Shown here in pieces: positions 25,328 to 38,076 of a stretch of 38,136 nucleotides of DNA; position 1 is the first letter of the stretch; each line of letters begins with the position of its first letter. The stretch is from Chlorokybus atmophyticus (lineage: Eukaryota; Plantae; Mesostigma and Chlorokybus algae), in contig RHPI01000810.1 in the NCBI GenBank assembly GCA_009103225.1, positions 1,189,043 to 1,227,178 of the forward strand, in the 5' to 3' direction. Under the pieces are notes generated by a model. The model did no database searches, was not told the DNA's origin, and saw nothing but the letters and a program-made list of their open reading frames with translations. The position numbers and the translations under genes are program-made.

Positions 25328-27485
25328 ATGGCGGGTTCTCGGCGTGTTGCCACCTTCGAAAATTACTTCGTCCGTTGCATCTATGGCTGCAACCTCACGG
25401 GCCTACACAAAGGCTGGATCGCCAGAGTGGGAGTGCAAAATTTCAGGTCTCACCTTACTAGCGGTGTTCACAAGGACGCCTTCAATGCATTAACACGCCA
25501 ACAGCAAGACGACTTGCTGAAGTACTGGTTGGATCTGGTGAGTCCTGCATGGTAGCATGCATTGTGCATGTTTGAATAGTAAACTGTTCCACAGTTGAGA
25601 GTTTAACAATGCGCAATGTCACTGTCAATTTACTTTGAGTGCATGTTGCTGTTTGCATGATGGCACATGGGATGGACTTATGTGGGATTGTAATCATCTA
25701 TGTACTTGTTGCCACTTAGGGTCGGGCTGCAGTGGCACGACACAACTTCAATCCTACTGTGGGTGCCTTTATGCCAGTTGCTGGAACGTGGCCTTTGCAG
25801 CAACCAACCCCCCTGCCACCGTCGCTGCATGATGTTCTGCACCCTGTCGAAATCTTATACGATCCTAATCTTATTGAAGACTCCAATGCCAGTGCCTTGA
25901 CGGTGCCCACAGGTATGTGACTGCTTCGTGGTGACAGTAACGGTTTCATTGAATGCATGTATCCCAACAGGTCTTCGTGTGACTCCGTCTAAGCGCCGTA
26001 GGAATTTGTCTATGGCGCCTGATACTCCCACCACGTCTTATGTCACTGACGCTGAAACAGGTGATCAATGTCATCGTTGCAGAGGTTCCCACCTGATCGG
26101 TGAATTATATGAACGCAGGGGAAGCAATGCCGCGGTTGCCAACTCACCAATTTACACCTGAGCTTATGCGTGCTGCTATCGACACCTTCAGTGGCCACCT
26201 GACTCGTGAAGTACAAAACAACGCTCGTCTACAAAACGAAAGTAAGGGAAATTGTGGCATTGTTTTGACACACACCACTGATGGCATTGTTGGCAGATTT
26301 CAAACTAGTTGACGAGAACACAGTCCTTCGCGAGCGTAACCTGAAGCAAGCAGAGCAGCTACGCCGCAACCAGACACAGCCTGATCCCCAGATCGCTGCA
26401 AAGCTGTTGAAAATGATCAGTGAAATCAATGGTCTGCGTGCAGGCCATGCTGCTGCAGAACAACGCTCTGCTGACCTGGAGCGTGCATTACACGAAGAGC
26501 GTGCTGAGCACGTTAAAATGACAGAAAGTGTCAAAAACGCAGACGCAGCAAGCATCGTGGGTTTACGCAAGCAGCTGACAGAAGTTCAGCGCAGGGCCAC
26601 ACAGTTGCAGCAACACAATGAGCGTAATGACGCAAGATTGGCGCGCCTGCAATGCCAGATTGGAGAAGCCAACCAGACAATTGCTGCACAAAAAAAAAAG
26701 GTGTGTGTTGCTGCACTGTTAGATTTTTCAGCAACTGACATTCTGTTGTAGATCTCAGAGTTGACAAGCGTCCTGCGTCTTCAAACGGCAAACTGGCGAT
26801 TTCGTGAGCGTGTTGAACCCAATGGCGTGCAGTTCGAGAGCTTCCAGCAGGAACTGGAAGTCACCAGAAAGGAGTTGGACAGCTTGGCAAAATACATGTT
26901 GAAAGAGATCGACCTTGACGGACAGGTACTGAACAATTACAATGATGACAATTATCAACAAATGCAACACCTTGGTGTTCATTGGTTCGTGTGCCAGGTA
27001 TCGCTCCTCAATCGCAGAGATGTTAAAAGGCAGCTGCAACTGCAACTATACCAAACACTATGGGAGAAGCTTTGTACCTACCTCTGCACAGTTGCCCCGT
27101 TGTTGCGTGAAGCAGCAACAACCGAAGAAATGCAGCAACATGTGCGCCAGGACTACAAGGGCAAGCGCGTGGTAGACAGTGAAGACAACACATGCGGGAT
27201 CTGTTGCGAGCAGAAGCCAGTGGAAGTGTTGTTACCAATGCCATGTTGCGGAGCTACACTGTGCCGTCAGTGCTTGAAGAAGCTGCGCACAGGATCTCAC
27301 CCTCAAGTTGAGTGTCCTTTCTGCCGCCGCTTTCAACTTATTTTTATGCAGCGCCCACCACGTGGTGTAGAGCTCCCCGATTTCCCTGTATATGAACTCA
27401 GCAGCAGTGACGATGATGAGGATGTTGACACACACAATACCGGTGCTGCTGGCGCTGGGCCTTCGCAGCCACCCCCCCCCCTGAG
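25328..27485 (+). CDS. Spliced gene: N-terminal zinc-finger-like motif, coiled coil, C-terminal RING finger (putative E3 ligase); 3' end uncertain
   Basis: Exons 25328-25537, 25720-25912, 25971-26060, 26119-26241, 26297-26700, 26752-26925 and 26998-about 27485 join in frame through GT..AG introns. RING: CGIC..PCCGATLCRQC..CPFC. N-terminus: C.YGC...H....H. Confidence 0.7.
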
Positions 27486-27805
27486 TCGACCTGTATCATG
27501 GAACCCGTTTTGCTCGTGTGTTAACATGACGCACAGGGAACTCACAATGTCCATTGACGTCGCGCGACATTTTGCCATATCTTGCTATATGACATCATAT
27601 GTTGGCATATTAATCGCTGTGACACCATATGTTATAATATGGAATGGTATGGAGCAGTGTCGCATGACGAGTTTTTGCATACGTAGCATACGTACATTTA
27701 TGAAGCTCACCACCAATATGCACCCATTGATTATATCGACACCAAAGCATGGTGTCATACAAACTGTCCAACACACATGGTGACCTACTCAAACAACAGC
27801 CAGTT

Positions 27806-28156
27806 TCACTCTTTTTTCTTTTTCTTATTGCCAAAACCGCTACCACTACGTCGGCGCGCCCAAAATGCTTTGAACCTCGCTGGGTTGCCTTCATCCATAT
27901 TGTAACCTTTGCACCCTCGAGAGTCGTATTGGGCGATATACATAGCTTCTAACCAATCTATTCGCGCCTTGCAATGTCCTTTATCTAATACTTCCAACTG
28001 CACTTGCTCTTCAAAAGGTTTACTGCTTTCTAAGTCAGGCAACATTTTCTTAGGCGGGTGTCTACGATGTTCCTTATAACGTCGACCTGGGTGGTTACTT
28101 TGACCGATATATACTTTCTGTGTTGCCACATGCGTCAACTTGTAGATAAACTTCAC
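27806..28156 (-). CDS. GIY-YIG endonuclease domain
   Basis: FIYKLT....KVYIGQS...RRYKEH, LEAMYI (catalytic Glu) and GYN. The ORF starts at GTG, so it is probably the last exon/domain of a longer gene. Confidence 0.85.
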   Translation of the reverse strand: MKFIYKLTHVATQKVYIGQSNHPGRRYKEHRRHPPKKMLPDLESSKPFEEQVQLEVLDKGHCKARIDWLEAMYIAQYDSRGCKGYNMDEGNPARFKAFWARRRSGSGFGNKKKKKE

Positions 28157-28260
28157 ACCTGTGTTTATGGGTTGCGCACGTTTTTTGAGTTACGTGCAGA
28201 GGCGCGAATGTTGGTGTTGGCATTGATGCTGTTTCTTGCTGCCGAGGATCGCAGGATCAT

Positions 28261-29564
28261 CTGGACCTCATCGTTTACCTGCAAAGAACAATGGTACTAT
28301 GAATGCTGCAGTACACATCCGAGATTGATGTTGAATATGGAACATATATGCGTAGCGAAGTAGAAGCAAGGCAACAGACCACGGGTACAGGATATGAACA
28401 AAGGGAGCCAATGCAAAAACAGAAGTGTAACAAAAGATGGAGCGACTGCATGGGTTCTGGCTTGATGTGCCCATTGTTGTTGAACTCTGCTACGCAACCA
28501 TAGCATTCTCACGCATCGCGACTAATCTTGGCAAGCACAGTAATCCCATCATCAACTTGGATAACCACACACCTCATTGGCAGCAACATTTGCTACTGGA
28601 GCTTCCCTTGGGTCTGCTTTGTTGATTTGCTCAATGATTTTTTCTGCCTTTCCTTGCGACATGAAACGCGCTGTCTCCCAGTTGCAAACTTTGCGAATGT
28701 GAACCAGCTCGAACACCTGTGAAACATCTGTTAAGTACAGGTATTTGGCCAATGACCCAGTGTCACATTGATACATACCTGATTAGCGTAAATTGGCTCT
28801 GCATTATCAGGAAGCTCTGGGTTGTCCTTGCGCATCAGAGTGTCCCACAGCTTGTAAGCTACTTGGCGCTTCAGGTCATCAGAAATGTCGATGCCGAGCT
28901 TTCTGAGGTAGTAGATGCATGTTCCTACACATACTTGCATCAGTTAACACATGCACCACAGTGTGTCAGTGTACATTTTCCGCTTCTCACCAGTTGCAAT
29001 AGAGTCCCCGTGGTTTATGCGAAACTCTTGAGCTCTCTCTTTGGCAGGGCGAATTAACTTATCGGCCTCTGGCTTGGTGAATAGCCCCTCAAGCTTGTCG
29101 GGAGTGATTCCTGCTGAGTCACATGCTACCAGTTGTTTCGCTGTCAGCGGACGACCAGGCGCATCACCTCCAGAGCTACTGGTACGTGGACGCTTAGAGC
29201 CAGGTTCGTCATTGGAAATTTGAGCGTGGAGCCTCTCGAACAGGTCTTTTCCGTTAAAGTCCATGCTGTCAACCAGGTGCATTGTCAATGTAACGCTCGC
29301 CAACTAATGACTCACAGGTTCGAGATCAAACAGAGGCCAACTGAGCCACGTTGTTACCTGTGTCTGGCTGAGGTGACAGTTTCCGACGATGGGCAGGTGT
29401 CTGAGGCAGGTGATGCGACAGGCATGTATGCACAGTGCCCTGCGACTTGATGTTTCAACTGGTGTACATTTACAGCAGCGCCAGATATATTGCCTATGTA
29501 TATCTGCGTGGCAAGGAAAAGGGTCTGTGTCGGCAGAACACCACGTGCTAAGCCATGCCGCCAT
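28261..29564 (-). CDS. Spliced unknown gene, probably the upstream part of the GIY-YIG protein
   Basis: In-frame GT..AG joins link exons 29564-29358, 29303-28991, 28924-28779 and 28716-28573. Downstream exons are less certain. Confidence 0.5.
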
Positions 29565-30030
29565 GGGATTGGTCAGAAGAGTTGATGGGGTGGAGGAGAT
29601 GATTGCATACAAAGCATGGTTGGATGACGGGTGATACGGCAATCAACTGAATGTGCCATGTCATCAAACCGTACATGCGTACAGTGTGGTCATGAGATGC
29701 AGTTCATCTTACGCGATATGGTTCCATATCGTCGAACATGGAACCATATAACGCAATGTTTTGCAACATCGTTCATTCATGCACAAACATCATGCGATAT
29801 CCGTTGATATCAAACAACGTTGCGCAACAGCGTACCATGTCGCCTAAAGCAATATCGTCCAACTTGGCAGCATGTAGTGCAATGTTGTGCAACATCGATC
29901 TAACATGCTCAAACACTCGCGATATGCGTCGATATCAAACAACGTTGCGCAACATCGTATCATATCGCCAAATGATGCAACATATGTCACACCATTGCGC
30001 AACACTAACTGGACTTACCAATTATCAACG

Positions 30031-33000
30031 TCAATCCCCAGGAACGGGCGTCATCTCTTCAAAGCGCGGTAAACGCGTCAACCGTAAATAGGCCCTGTTT
30101 GTCACGCGCGACAACGCCACATACCACAATCCAGGAGCAAAAGCTTCCTGCATGTGGACAACAGTAGTTGATTGCAGCGTTGCACCTTGACACTTGTGCA
30201 CTGTCATTGCATACGCTAGCTGCAAAGGAAACACAGCTTTGTAGTACGTTTTGCCTTGAAACGTTGTTGTTTGCTGTATTGTTCGGCGCATCCACATGGA
30301 GTCTGCCAAATGGTCAAATGTAACTTGTATACTGCTCACATTACCTTTGTAGTATCTAAACTGCGTCACTGTTCCCAAAGACCCATTGGCTACACCATCT
30401 TGCAGTGAAACGTTTTCTAAAACCAACACCTTTGCTCCCTTGGCGACTGAAGGTAATAAGTTGAACTTGGGCTTGTGAATCCAGTCGTGTAGCTCGGGCA
30501 CGTTCACTGCATTAGAAGTAATTTGTATTGGCACAATGGTATCGGCTGCAAAACGTTGTCTCACAATCATGCTGTTGAAAGCCAGTGTGTCTTGTACATG
30601 TGAACACAATATGGTTGCATCACTTGGTAACTGTTGTAAGTACTCCGAAGTGACCAGACAGCCACCTAACGCATCTGCTATCTCTGTTGAACTGGGTATG
30701 CCAGAACGAATCTGAATCAAGAATTCAGCAAACAGAGGGTCTGAAGCATGACGCACTGAAACAGATAAAAAATGTTGCTTACGTAATGGCCACCTCTGTG
30801 ATGCAGAAATATGGCATTTGTGGCAAACCTGCGATGTGTCTTGGACTTTGTGTCCACAAACTGCTGGCAGTTGCTTGTGGTCACCAACCAATACAACGCC
30901 GATTGTTTGTAGAAATTCTGGTCCATGAACTTGCTGTAAGCGCAGCATCACCAAGTCAAACAACCGCGATGTCATCATGGAAAACTCGTCAATAATAAAT
31001 ACTCGACAATGATGTAACAGTTTGTAAGCATCATCCATAGCAGTTACAAACCGGAGTTGCTGACCGTTGACAGGTATTGCGAAGTTGGAATGTACAGTTG
31101 AAGCTGATGAGCTGAGCCGCAAAGCCGCAGCGCCAGTTGTAGCACTGAGTAAAACAGGTATCCCAGCAACGCGCAACTTGTGAGTGATGAATTTGGTCAA
31201 AAATGTTTTGCCTGTTCCTGGACAACCAGATATCACATGTAGACCAACCGGTGTTGCAATGATACTACTTGCGGTGCATTCTTGCTGGCTGGTCAAAGAG
31301 AGATTGTTCGCAAACGCAAACTCCTCAACATTCAATGTACCTTGAAACATTGGCGCCGATACATCTGAGTCCGTTGTCACAGTTGAAGCTGGAGATGCAG
31401 GATTGGATGATGAAGCTGTTGGATACTGCGTAGTAGGTTCTGGTGCAGTTTGACTGTCTGTCGGACCAGCTGCAGCCATAGACAAGGCATTAATAGCATT
31501 ATCAGTGGTCTGCATCATGGCATTCATCATATGGTGAATCTTAACATCATTGTATAGATGACGTTCGGCATAGCGCGTGACATGTGTCAACAAACTGCGG
31601 TTTGTGTTGTTAATGAAACCCCGCAACACACATTCTTCATAGTAAGTGCGTGATTGGTTGTTCAAAGAAATCAAATCAACTTCAGAGCGAAAAGTAACCC
31701 GCTGAAGAAGCAAATTGAAACAAAACCCTTCAGTGCTGTGTACAGGATGGTAATCCGTGAATCTGATGATGCGCGGGACAGCTAACTCATAAACGAATGC
31801 ATTCAGTCTGTCTCTTAGAGTACGCACAGTGTTATGTGGCACAGTGTCTCCATCTCGGTGCATGTACTGTCGAAAGTAGTTGTACATTGTGACTCTTTCT
31901 ACCTCGTCAGGCCTGACACAATAACGATGAATGGGATGCACAATTACTGTCCGTGCACGACTGTTCACTATGCGAGAACGATTGTTAGGCAAACGCGTGT
32001 CAACATATGTTACATTGGACGACATTTGCATGATGGGAATATCTAAACATATCAAAGCAGCTTCAGCTGGAGCAATGGGTTTGGACAAGTACATTGTGTT
32101 CAATATGCGCAATTCGTTAACAGTCAATCCTTGCAAACCGAGTGCATTGGTGTCTAATGCATCATCAACAGTGCCACAAGGTTCCATTTTTGTTGTGTAC
32201 TTGACTAAATACTTGCTCCAATGACTGTCAGTGACTTGCAACACATTACAATGAGCACCCCACAACAATAAAAGCACTGGATGTGTGGGAACAACATTGC
32301 GGTCACAAGTGCGTGGTCTGTAATAATCGTACCTGCGCGTTTCTGTGTTGAACTGAGGTCGACGATCTGGTTGTACGGGATACGGAAAGCCCATGTCGCA
32401 CTTGTTGTCAAATGCTCTGCAGCCACTGCCAAAATCAGAACACTTGTGCATTTGCTTGCGTACAACATAATCATAAAGGACTCGCAGTTTACAATCAGTT
32501 GGTACAATTATTTGCTGATTTGCATGGTCAAAATCTCCGGGGATAAACGCAGTGATTTCACTGCAAACTCGTTTAACATCGTCGGGATGTAACCACAACA
32601 TAACATGTGCATGCAAAGATCCACGGTGTTGTGTTTCATACCTGATAACATAGTGCATCACACGTCCAAGGATATCCTTTTGCATGATATATTCTTCAAA
32701 GAAGGTGCTGAACCGATGATGAAACAAACGTGCGCACTCCACAGGGGCATCGCGCCAACTAAGTTGCGTGGAGACATTGTGGAGAACATTCTGCAAATCA
32801 ATGATCTCAGGGAATTTGGTACTGGACACTTCATCTGCAGTCATGGTGACAAAGAGATGAGGCATACCCCAATGCTCAACCAGACACAGCAGCTCACTCA
32901 ACTTTTGTCGATGCCAACTCGGAGATCCAATGATGTCACCAGGGACACGAAATTTTATAGCGTTTTTGATGGCATCGTTGATTGTGGCAGTAGGTCGTTG

Positions 33001-34088
33001 TTTGAGGAACTTTTCAATATCAGCGTCCACAGCAACTTCGCAGCACTTTCTGACTATAAGAAGTGATTGACGGATTTGGTACATCAACAGCAAATAAGGC
33101 TTGTACAATGTGAAAACTGAGAACGATTGTGTAAGACGGAACTTGACATAGTCTGACAGTCTGCTGTACACGTTACCATCAAAGAACCCACGATTGTGCG
33201 GAAACAACATGGGAAACAGAGCAGACTCAACAGTTAAACCAGGAATATTGTACACACCACCTGTATCCATGTGTATAAAAAGAGGAACACAAGGCTCACG
33301 CAGCGACATATGTCCAACGCGCAACATGGTGTCCACTGTAACTTCAACTGTGCTGCGCGAAGGAATGGCAACAAAGTGGTTAAAACGTATGTGTATGCTG
33401 ATTCACCAGCAATGTTCAAAGGATTACGATCCTGTGCACGAGACACAATGCTACGAATAGTAGATGAACCAACAGTGGGGATGCCGTCAGAACCAAATGG
33501 TTGTTCTGCCAAGGTCTGATATTTCTGAACCAGAGTGTTGGACGATAATAGCTCGCTCAACAACTCCAGCAACAAGATGGCATGTTGGTTCTGATGTGTA
33601 AACTCATCCCAAGTGATAAACGGACCGTTAATCATATTCAACTGCTGAATTTGGCCCGAAGTGAAACTGTATGAGTTATATAAGTCGCAAAGCGCCATGG
33701 ACGTGTTAACAAGGGACAACATCTGCACTACCATTGGATGTATCTCCAACAACTTGCGAATGTACACTGCGCTGTGTAATACAATGTAACTGGAACGCTC
33801 CGACCCGTGACTACATCGATGGCATTGGTAGTAATCACTATCACACTTGGTATAGTCGGACATAAAAACATTAGCCAAATCATATGGTGCAACGGTGGAT
33901 ACTGATCGTCGATACATTGGACAATAAGTAGCAGCAGCAGAGTAAAACTGTACATGCCCGCACAAAGAACAACATTGCATTCGCGTGACAAACTTACGTT
34001 GTGCATCTTGCCAACAGGAAAGCAAATCATCGCAGTCGTCCCACAATTCGCAATGCTGAGACAAATCGCAATGTTGCTCATAAGTCAT
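30031..34088 (-). CDS. Helitron RepHel (HUH Rep + Pif1-like SF1 helicase), with a frame break near 33240-33400
   Basis: Rep motif 1 PHLFVTMT, HUH RYETQHRGSLHAHVMLW and YLVKYTTKMEP. Helicase motifs GCPGTGKT, IIDEFSM, GDHKQLPAV, FPLQLAYAMTVHKCQG and YVALSRV. A Cys-rich N-terminus is encoded in the overlapping frame 33234-34274. Confidence 0.92.
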
Positions 34089-34240
34089 AGCGGATGACGA
34101 AACAACACACCAGGAACATATCAACCGCCCTGGCATTTGTCGCCATCCAAAAGAACCATCTCGGCACAGTCCAGCAATGAGGGCGTGCAAAGGTGCAAAA
34201 CCACATGCACAATATCTCCGATGTGTAGTAAAATTCTGCG

Positions 34241-34329
34241 ATATGATTACATATGCGGCGATATGGTGCAACATGGTGCCATATGATTACATATGCGGCG
34301 ATATGCCGCAACATGGTGCCATGTGATTA
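34241..34329. repeat. 40-bp tandem duplication built from 10-bp ATATG/ACATG units
   Basis: 34241-34280 is repeated at 34281-34320 with 2 mismatches. Confidence 0.9.
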
Positions 34330-35509
34330 GCAAACGCTGTTAAGTGTTTCAAAACTTAATAATCAACGTAACGTTCACGCCACGGTACGTGCTGCAATTT
34401 CTAGTAAATAATGCCGAGGTTACGACCATCAAAATAATGCTAACCTGAATTACCTTAACGTTAAGATTCAACTAAACGAAAAATCGCATCGTTAGGCCAC
34501 CATTTGGTCACGCATGAGATTGACCAAATGGGATCGCAACGGTGACAACAGCCAGTTGCTCAAAAAGGCAGCAAAATGGCCAATCATTGCAAAGATGCGT
34601 AAAAGATGCTGAAAAATATCTCAGCGGCAACCGCTTACCAACGGCGACCCAAATTGCTATGGATTTAGTGCAATTGCGGCACAGTTAGTGGTTAAAACGG
34701 CCGCGTTTTTGGCGGTACGAGGTCGGGGCAGGCCCCATACCCCAAAGACATGCCGCCACTACTCACCCTTGTTCTAACTAATCCACTCTACCCTTTAACG
34801 CTAATTGATTACACACTATAGTTACTGCGTCATCAAACATGGTCAACAGCCGAACAAGATTCAAACGCTCAACAGCTTATATAGAGAAAGCTACAAGTTA
34901 TGAGCTCTGCTAGTGGTGTTGTTTTTGCAAATCTGTGTGAGAGTCTGCGTGTCCTAACACTTGATATAAGCATATCTCTTGTGCCCATAGCTTCCCTAAC
35001 TACCCCACAACACAGCCCCACAACTCCTGCCGCCGCCACCAACCCCACATTTCGGTGGTCTATGCCATTGCTGCCGCCGGAGGCCTTTTCCGAGTGGAAA
35101 AAGGCCTGTCCGAAGCTGCAATCAGCCCAAAACCCGGCAGGCCCCTTTACACCCTCATCTTTGCATGCTTATAGCCGGAGCTACACTGAACTGTTATCAA
35201 AAGTAACAAAATGGGTGTGTAGCTTAACTCGAGAGGCGAAAATCACCCACATACATCACCGCGAAATACTAACTGTGCCAAGACTTATAACCCAAAAAGT
35301 CCGACTTTGTCCGCCATATGCTTCGTTTACCCTACAACTTGCTCGCCCGGCGACTTGTATTTCGCCCGTGGCCTGCGTATGATGCCACGGCTGCGGCTTG
35401 TCAATGATGACAAGGGTACTGCTGTCGCGGCCTTAGAATAGGAAAGGGGTTTCATGAGTAGGATGTGCTACAGGCATGTATAGGTATCACGTGATGTCAC
35501 GTGGCTTAC

Positions 35510-36673
35510 GTTCAGTCACGCGCGCGGTCATCGAGCAGCGGGTTGACCGGATGGGCGTCATGGCGTCCTCAGCAGCATCCACGTCATATTGAACGGTCCG
35601 ATGGCAATCCGCGGGGTGTCCATGAAAAGCGTATGGCAGACGGCGTCACGGTGCTACAACCGAGACGTCGTTGCTACGCGTGACGATTGTGACAAGACGG
35701 CGCTGAGCGCTTGCTTGGTAATGCTTGCCTGCTGTGTAGCTGCAGCTGTCCTCTACCGTTCGCTCGGATGCTTCCCCTTGTCGGCATGTTTGGCGGCCTT
35801 GTCGACGTGCTGTCCCATCCAAGTCGACTGCGCTGCTTTTAGCCCAAGGTGGAAGCTAGCAGCTAGAAGCTTCAAGCAACCAGCTGACCCGAAAGTTTCT
35901 GCCGCATGTGCATGGGTTGCGTCAGCGTGAGTTCAACTTTGCGCTTGCGCTTGTGCTGAAGCTTGAGCTTAGCTAGGTGCATGCTCTCAATCAGCGTGCA
36001 AGGCGCACAGACGCGCCAAGCGACTGCGGTCGCAGTCAAGCAGCACGCATGACGTGAATATCGGCTGTACCCGTCCTGAGCGAAAGGTACGCTCAAATAC
36101 GTGAAGGCGTTCAGACACCTGGTGGTGTATATCAGACGCATTCTCTGGCCTTTACCGTTGGTTGCACAGAGTCGGCATGTCACCTCATTGCCACGGCTAT
36201 TACAGCAAGCCCTGCATGCGGCAGCCATGTAATCTTGCGTGATTGTGGGTCTATGTGTGATGTGACCCGTTTCTTGCTGGGTTGTACTGCGTCAACTTAG
36301 ATTCTCAAACAACCTGAAACCCGTCATGTGCGCATCCTAGGTGCAATACCATGACGCAGGGCCACCACTGCTGTGCACTTGGCAACTCAACAAGTGTTGC
36401 AGCAAGACGTGCAAAGCACTGGTGTGCATGTATAACGTCGAGAACTGCACACCGCTGAGCATGCTGTCACTGTGTCCATGACAATGCTGGGTTCTTCTAT
36501 TTGCCAGTAATGGATTGCACCTTGCTGCTGGCTGTTTGCGCCCATGCCACGACAGTGCCTGCATTCAGTAAAGGCTTGGACCGTGACATGTTGGTTGCTG
36601 CGCACAGGTGGGTGGTTGTCTGGCGTCCAGCAATTCAAGTGTCAAATCCACAAAGCAGTGACGGACAGTTGCC
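35510..36673 (+). repeat. Upstream segment co-duplicated with the GT77 gene (copy 3, inverted)
   Basis: Reverse complement of 19354-20530. Confidence 0.8.
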
Positions 36674-38076
36674 ATGGAGCCCACCTCTCCTCGTACGCGC
36701 GGTGTCTTGCGCATGTGTGCCGCCCTAGTTGCGTTCACCACAGCATGCTTGATCATAGAGACAGCTGCCAACTCCCATGTAATCTTGGTCGCAAGGCTGT
36801 TAAGCTTCAGCAAAGGCGCTGCCCATGCAGTACCACTCATAAATTTCAGTAGTACGGACCCACTTTATGCGGGTCTTTTGGAGTTAAACGCTGCCGCACA
36901 GCGAGTGGCTGGCGTGTATGTAGACCGTCATGTACCCCACCTCGCTCGCACAGTCGTTTTGCTCTCCGCCAACATGGTACCTGGACATACTCTTCAACTG
37001 GGTCTGCTGCATGAGGCGTTTGCACAAAGGCATCAAGTTCATGGTCCTGGCTCAAGACAGACAGCTGCACAGGCATCTGCAGCAGAACACTACCTTGATC
37101 AGCGTTGATGGTACACTGCTCGGCATCAACTCAACATCCTCATACAGCAATCTTGACACACCCGACTTTATGCAAATCACTTTTATAAAGCTCAAGGTGA
37201 TTGTGGCAGCTGCATTGTCTGTGCAGTGCAAGACATATTGATGAGAAGATGGCTGTATGTTGTTGTTTGGTGAAATGAAAACCGCCGCATGTGCTTCTTG
37301 CAGGCGGTGCACAGCTTGCTTAAGTCGGGCTACGATGTCTTGTTTACGGATGAGGACATCTGCTGGCTGGAGGTCCGAAGTTGGTTGTTGTTTTCATCGT
37401 GATGCTCCACCAAGTTACTGAGCAAAGTTGATGCTGTTGTCATGCGCTAATGCAGGACATCAGACCAGACATTGCATTCCAGTTCTCGACTGATTTCGTT
37501 GGGAGTTGGAGCGGTATGGTGCCTGACTATCGCGCACCATACGGGGGTTTCATTGTCAACACTGGCTTTTACTTCATGAAGGCTTTGCCGCAGACTGCAA
37601 CCTTTCTTGCCAATGTACAACTGAACTGCTGTTCAAGTAAGCACGCCCATATCAGCTACTGCAGACGTGATGACTTGGCATGGACGTTCGCATTGCTTCA
37701 GTAAACTGAAGCCTTTGTGTTTGCAGCTGGTAATGATCAGTCCGTTGTCAATAGGGTTCTCAATCAGTGGCTGGGAACCAAGCTTGCAGTGCAGATCGCT
37801 GGTAATGTGAGTGTGTACGTCACCACGCAAGACTTGCAACCTGGCAATGCTCTGTCGGTGCAATATCTGGATCCTGTGTGCTTTCCTAATGGCGAAGCCT
37901 TCTTTCACCAGCGCAAGCCGGAGTGGACGAGGGCCTCGCTCGAACTTAATGAAACTGCCGTTGCTGTTCATGTTACTTGGACGATTGGTCACGATGCAAA
38001 GGTAGCTGTGCTTCGTACCGCAGAACTGTGGCATGTTGGTGAAGGTTTGACAGGGGAAGCTGATTGCGTAACATGA
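36674..38076 (+). pseudogene. GT77-like copy 3, inverted; exons 36674-37196, 37304-37372, 37456-37636, 37727-38076; frameshifted
   Basis: Same exon structure as copies 1 and 2. It has a 2-nt deletion at about 36977 (ATG GCG TAC to ATG G TAC), a 12-nt deletion at the exon 3 start, a 9-nt deletion in exon 4, and DAD changed to DED. Confidence 0.82.

Larger units (their letters stand above)
24551..34750 (-). mobile_element. Helitron2/Helentron-like rolling-circle element with cargo genes; termini approximate
   Basis: RepHel at 30031-34088 and shared phased repeats in all spacers. A candidate 3' CTAG|T end lies at 24554-24550 on the minus strand. The 5' end was not identified. Confidence 0.65.

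Noticed and set aside
26061-26096. 22-nt intron plus a premature TGA in the RING gene
   Set aside because: The intron is too short; the alternative acceptor at 26118 gives a 58-nt intron and an open frame.
34700-34760. GGGGC-AG-GCCCC mini-hairpin as the Helitron 5' terminus
   Set aside because: The 5-bp stem is too weak and no matching subterminal IR was found at the other end.
34900-35382. 160-aa ORF as a real gene
   Set aside because: No recognisable motifs or splice support. It shares only short patches with 20950-21050, which suggests a diverged repeat or upstream DNA.
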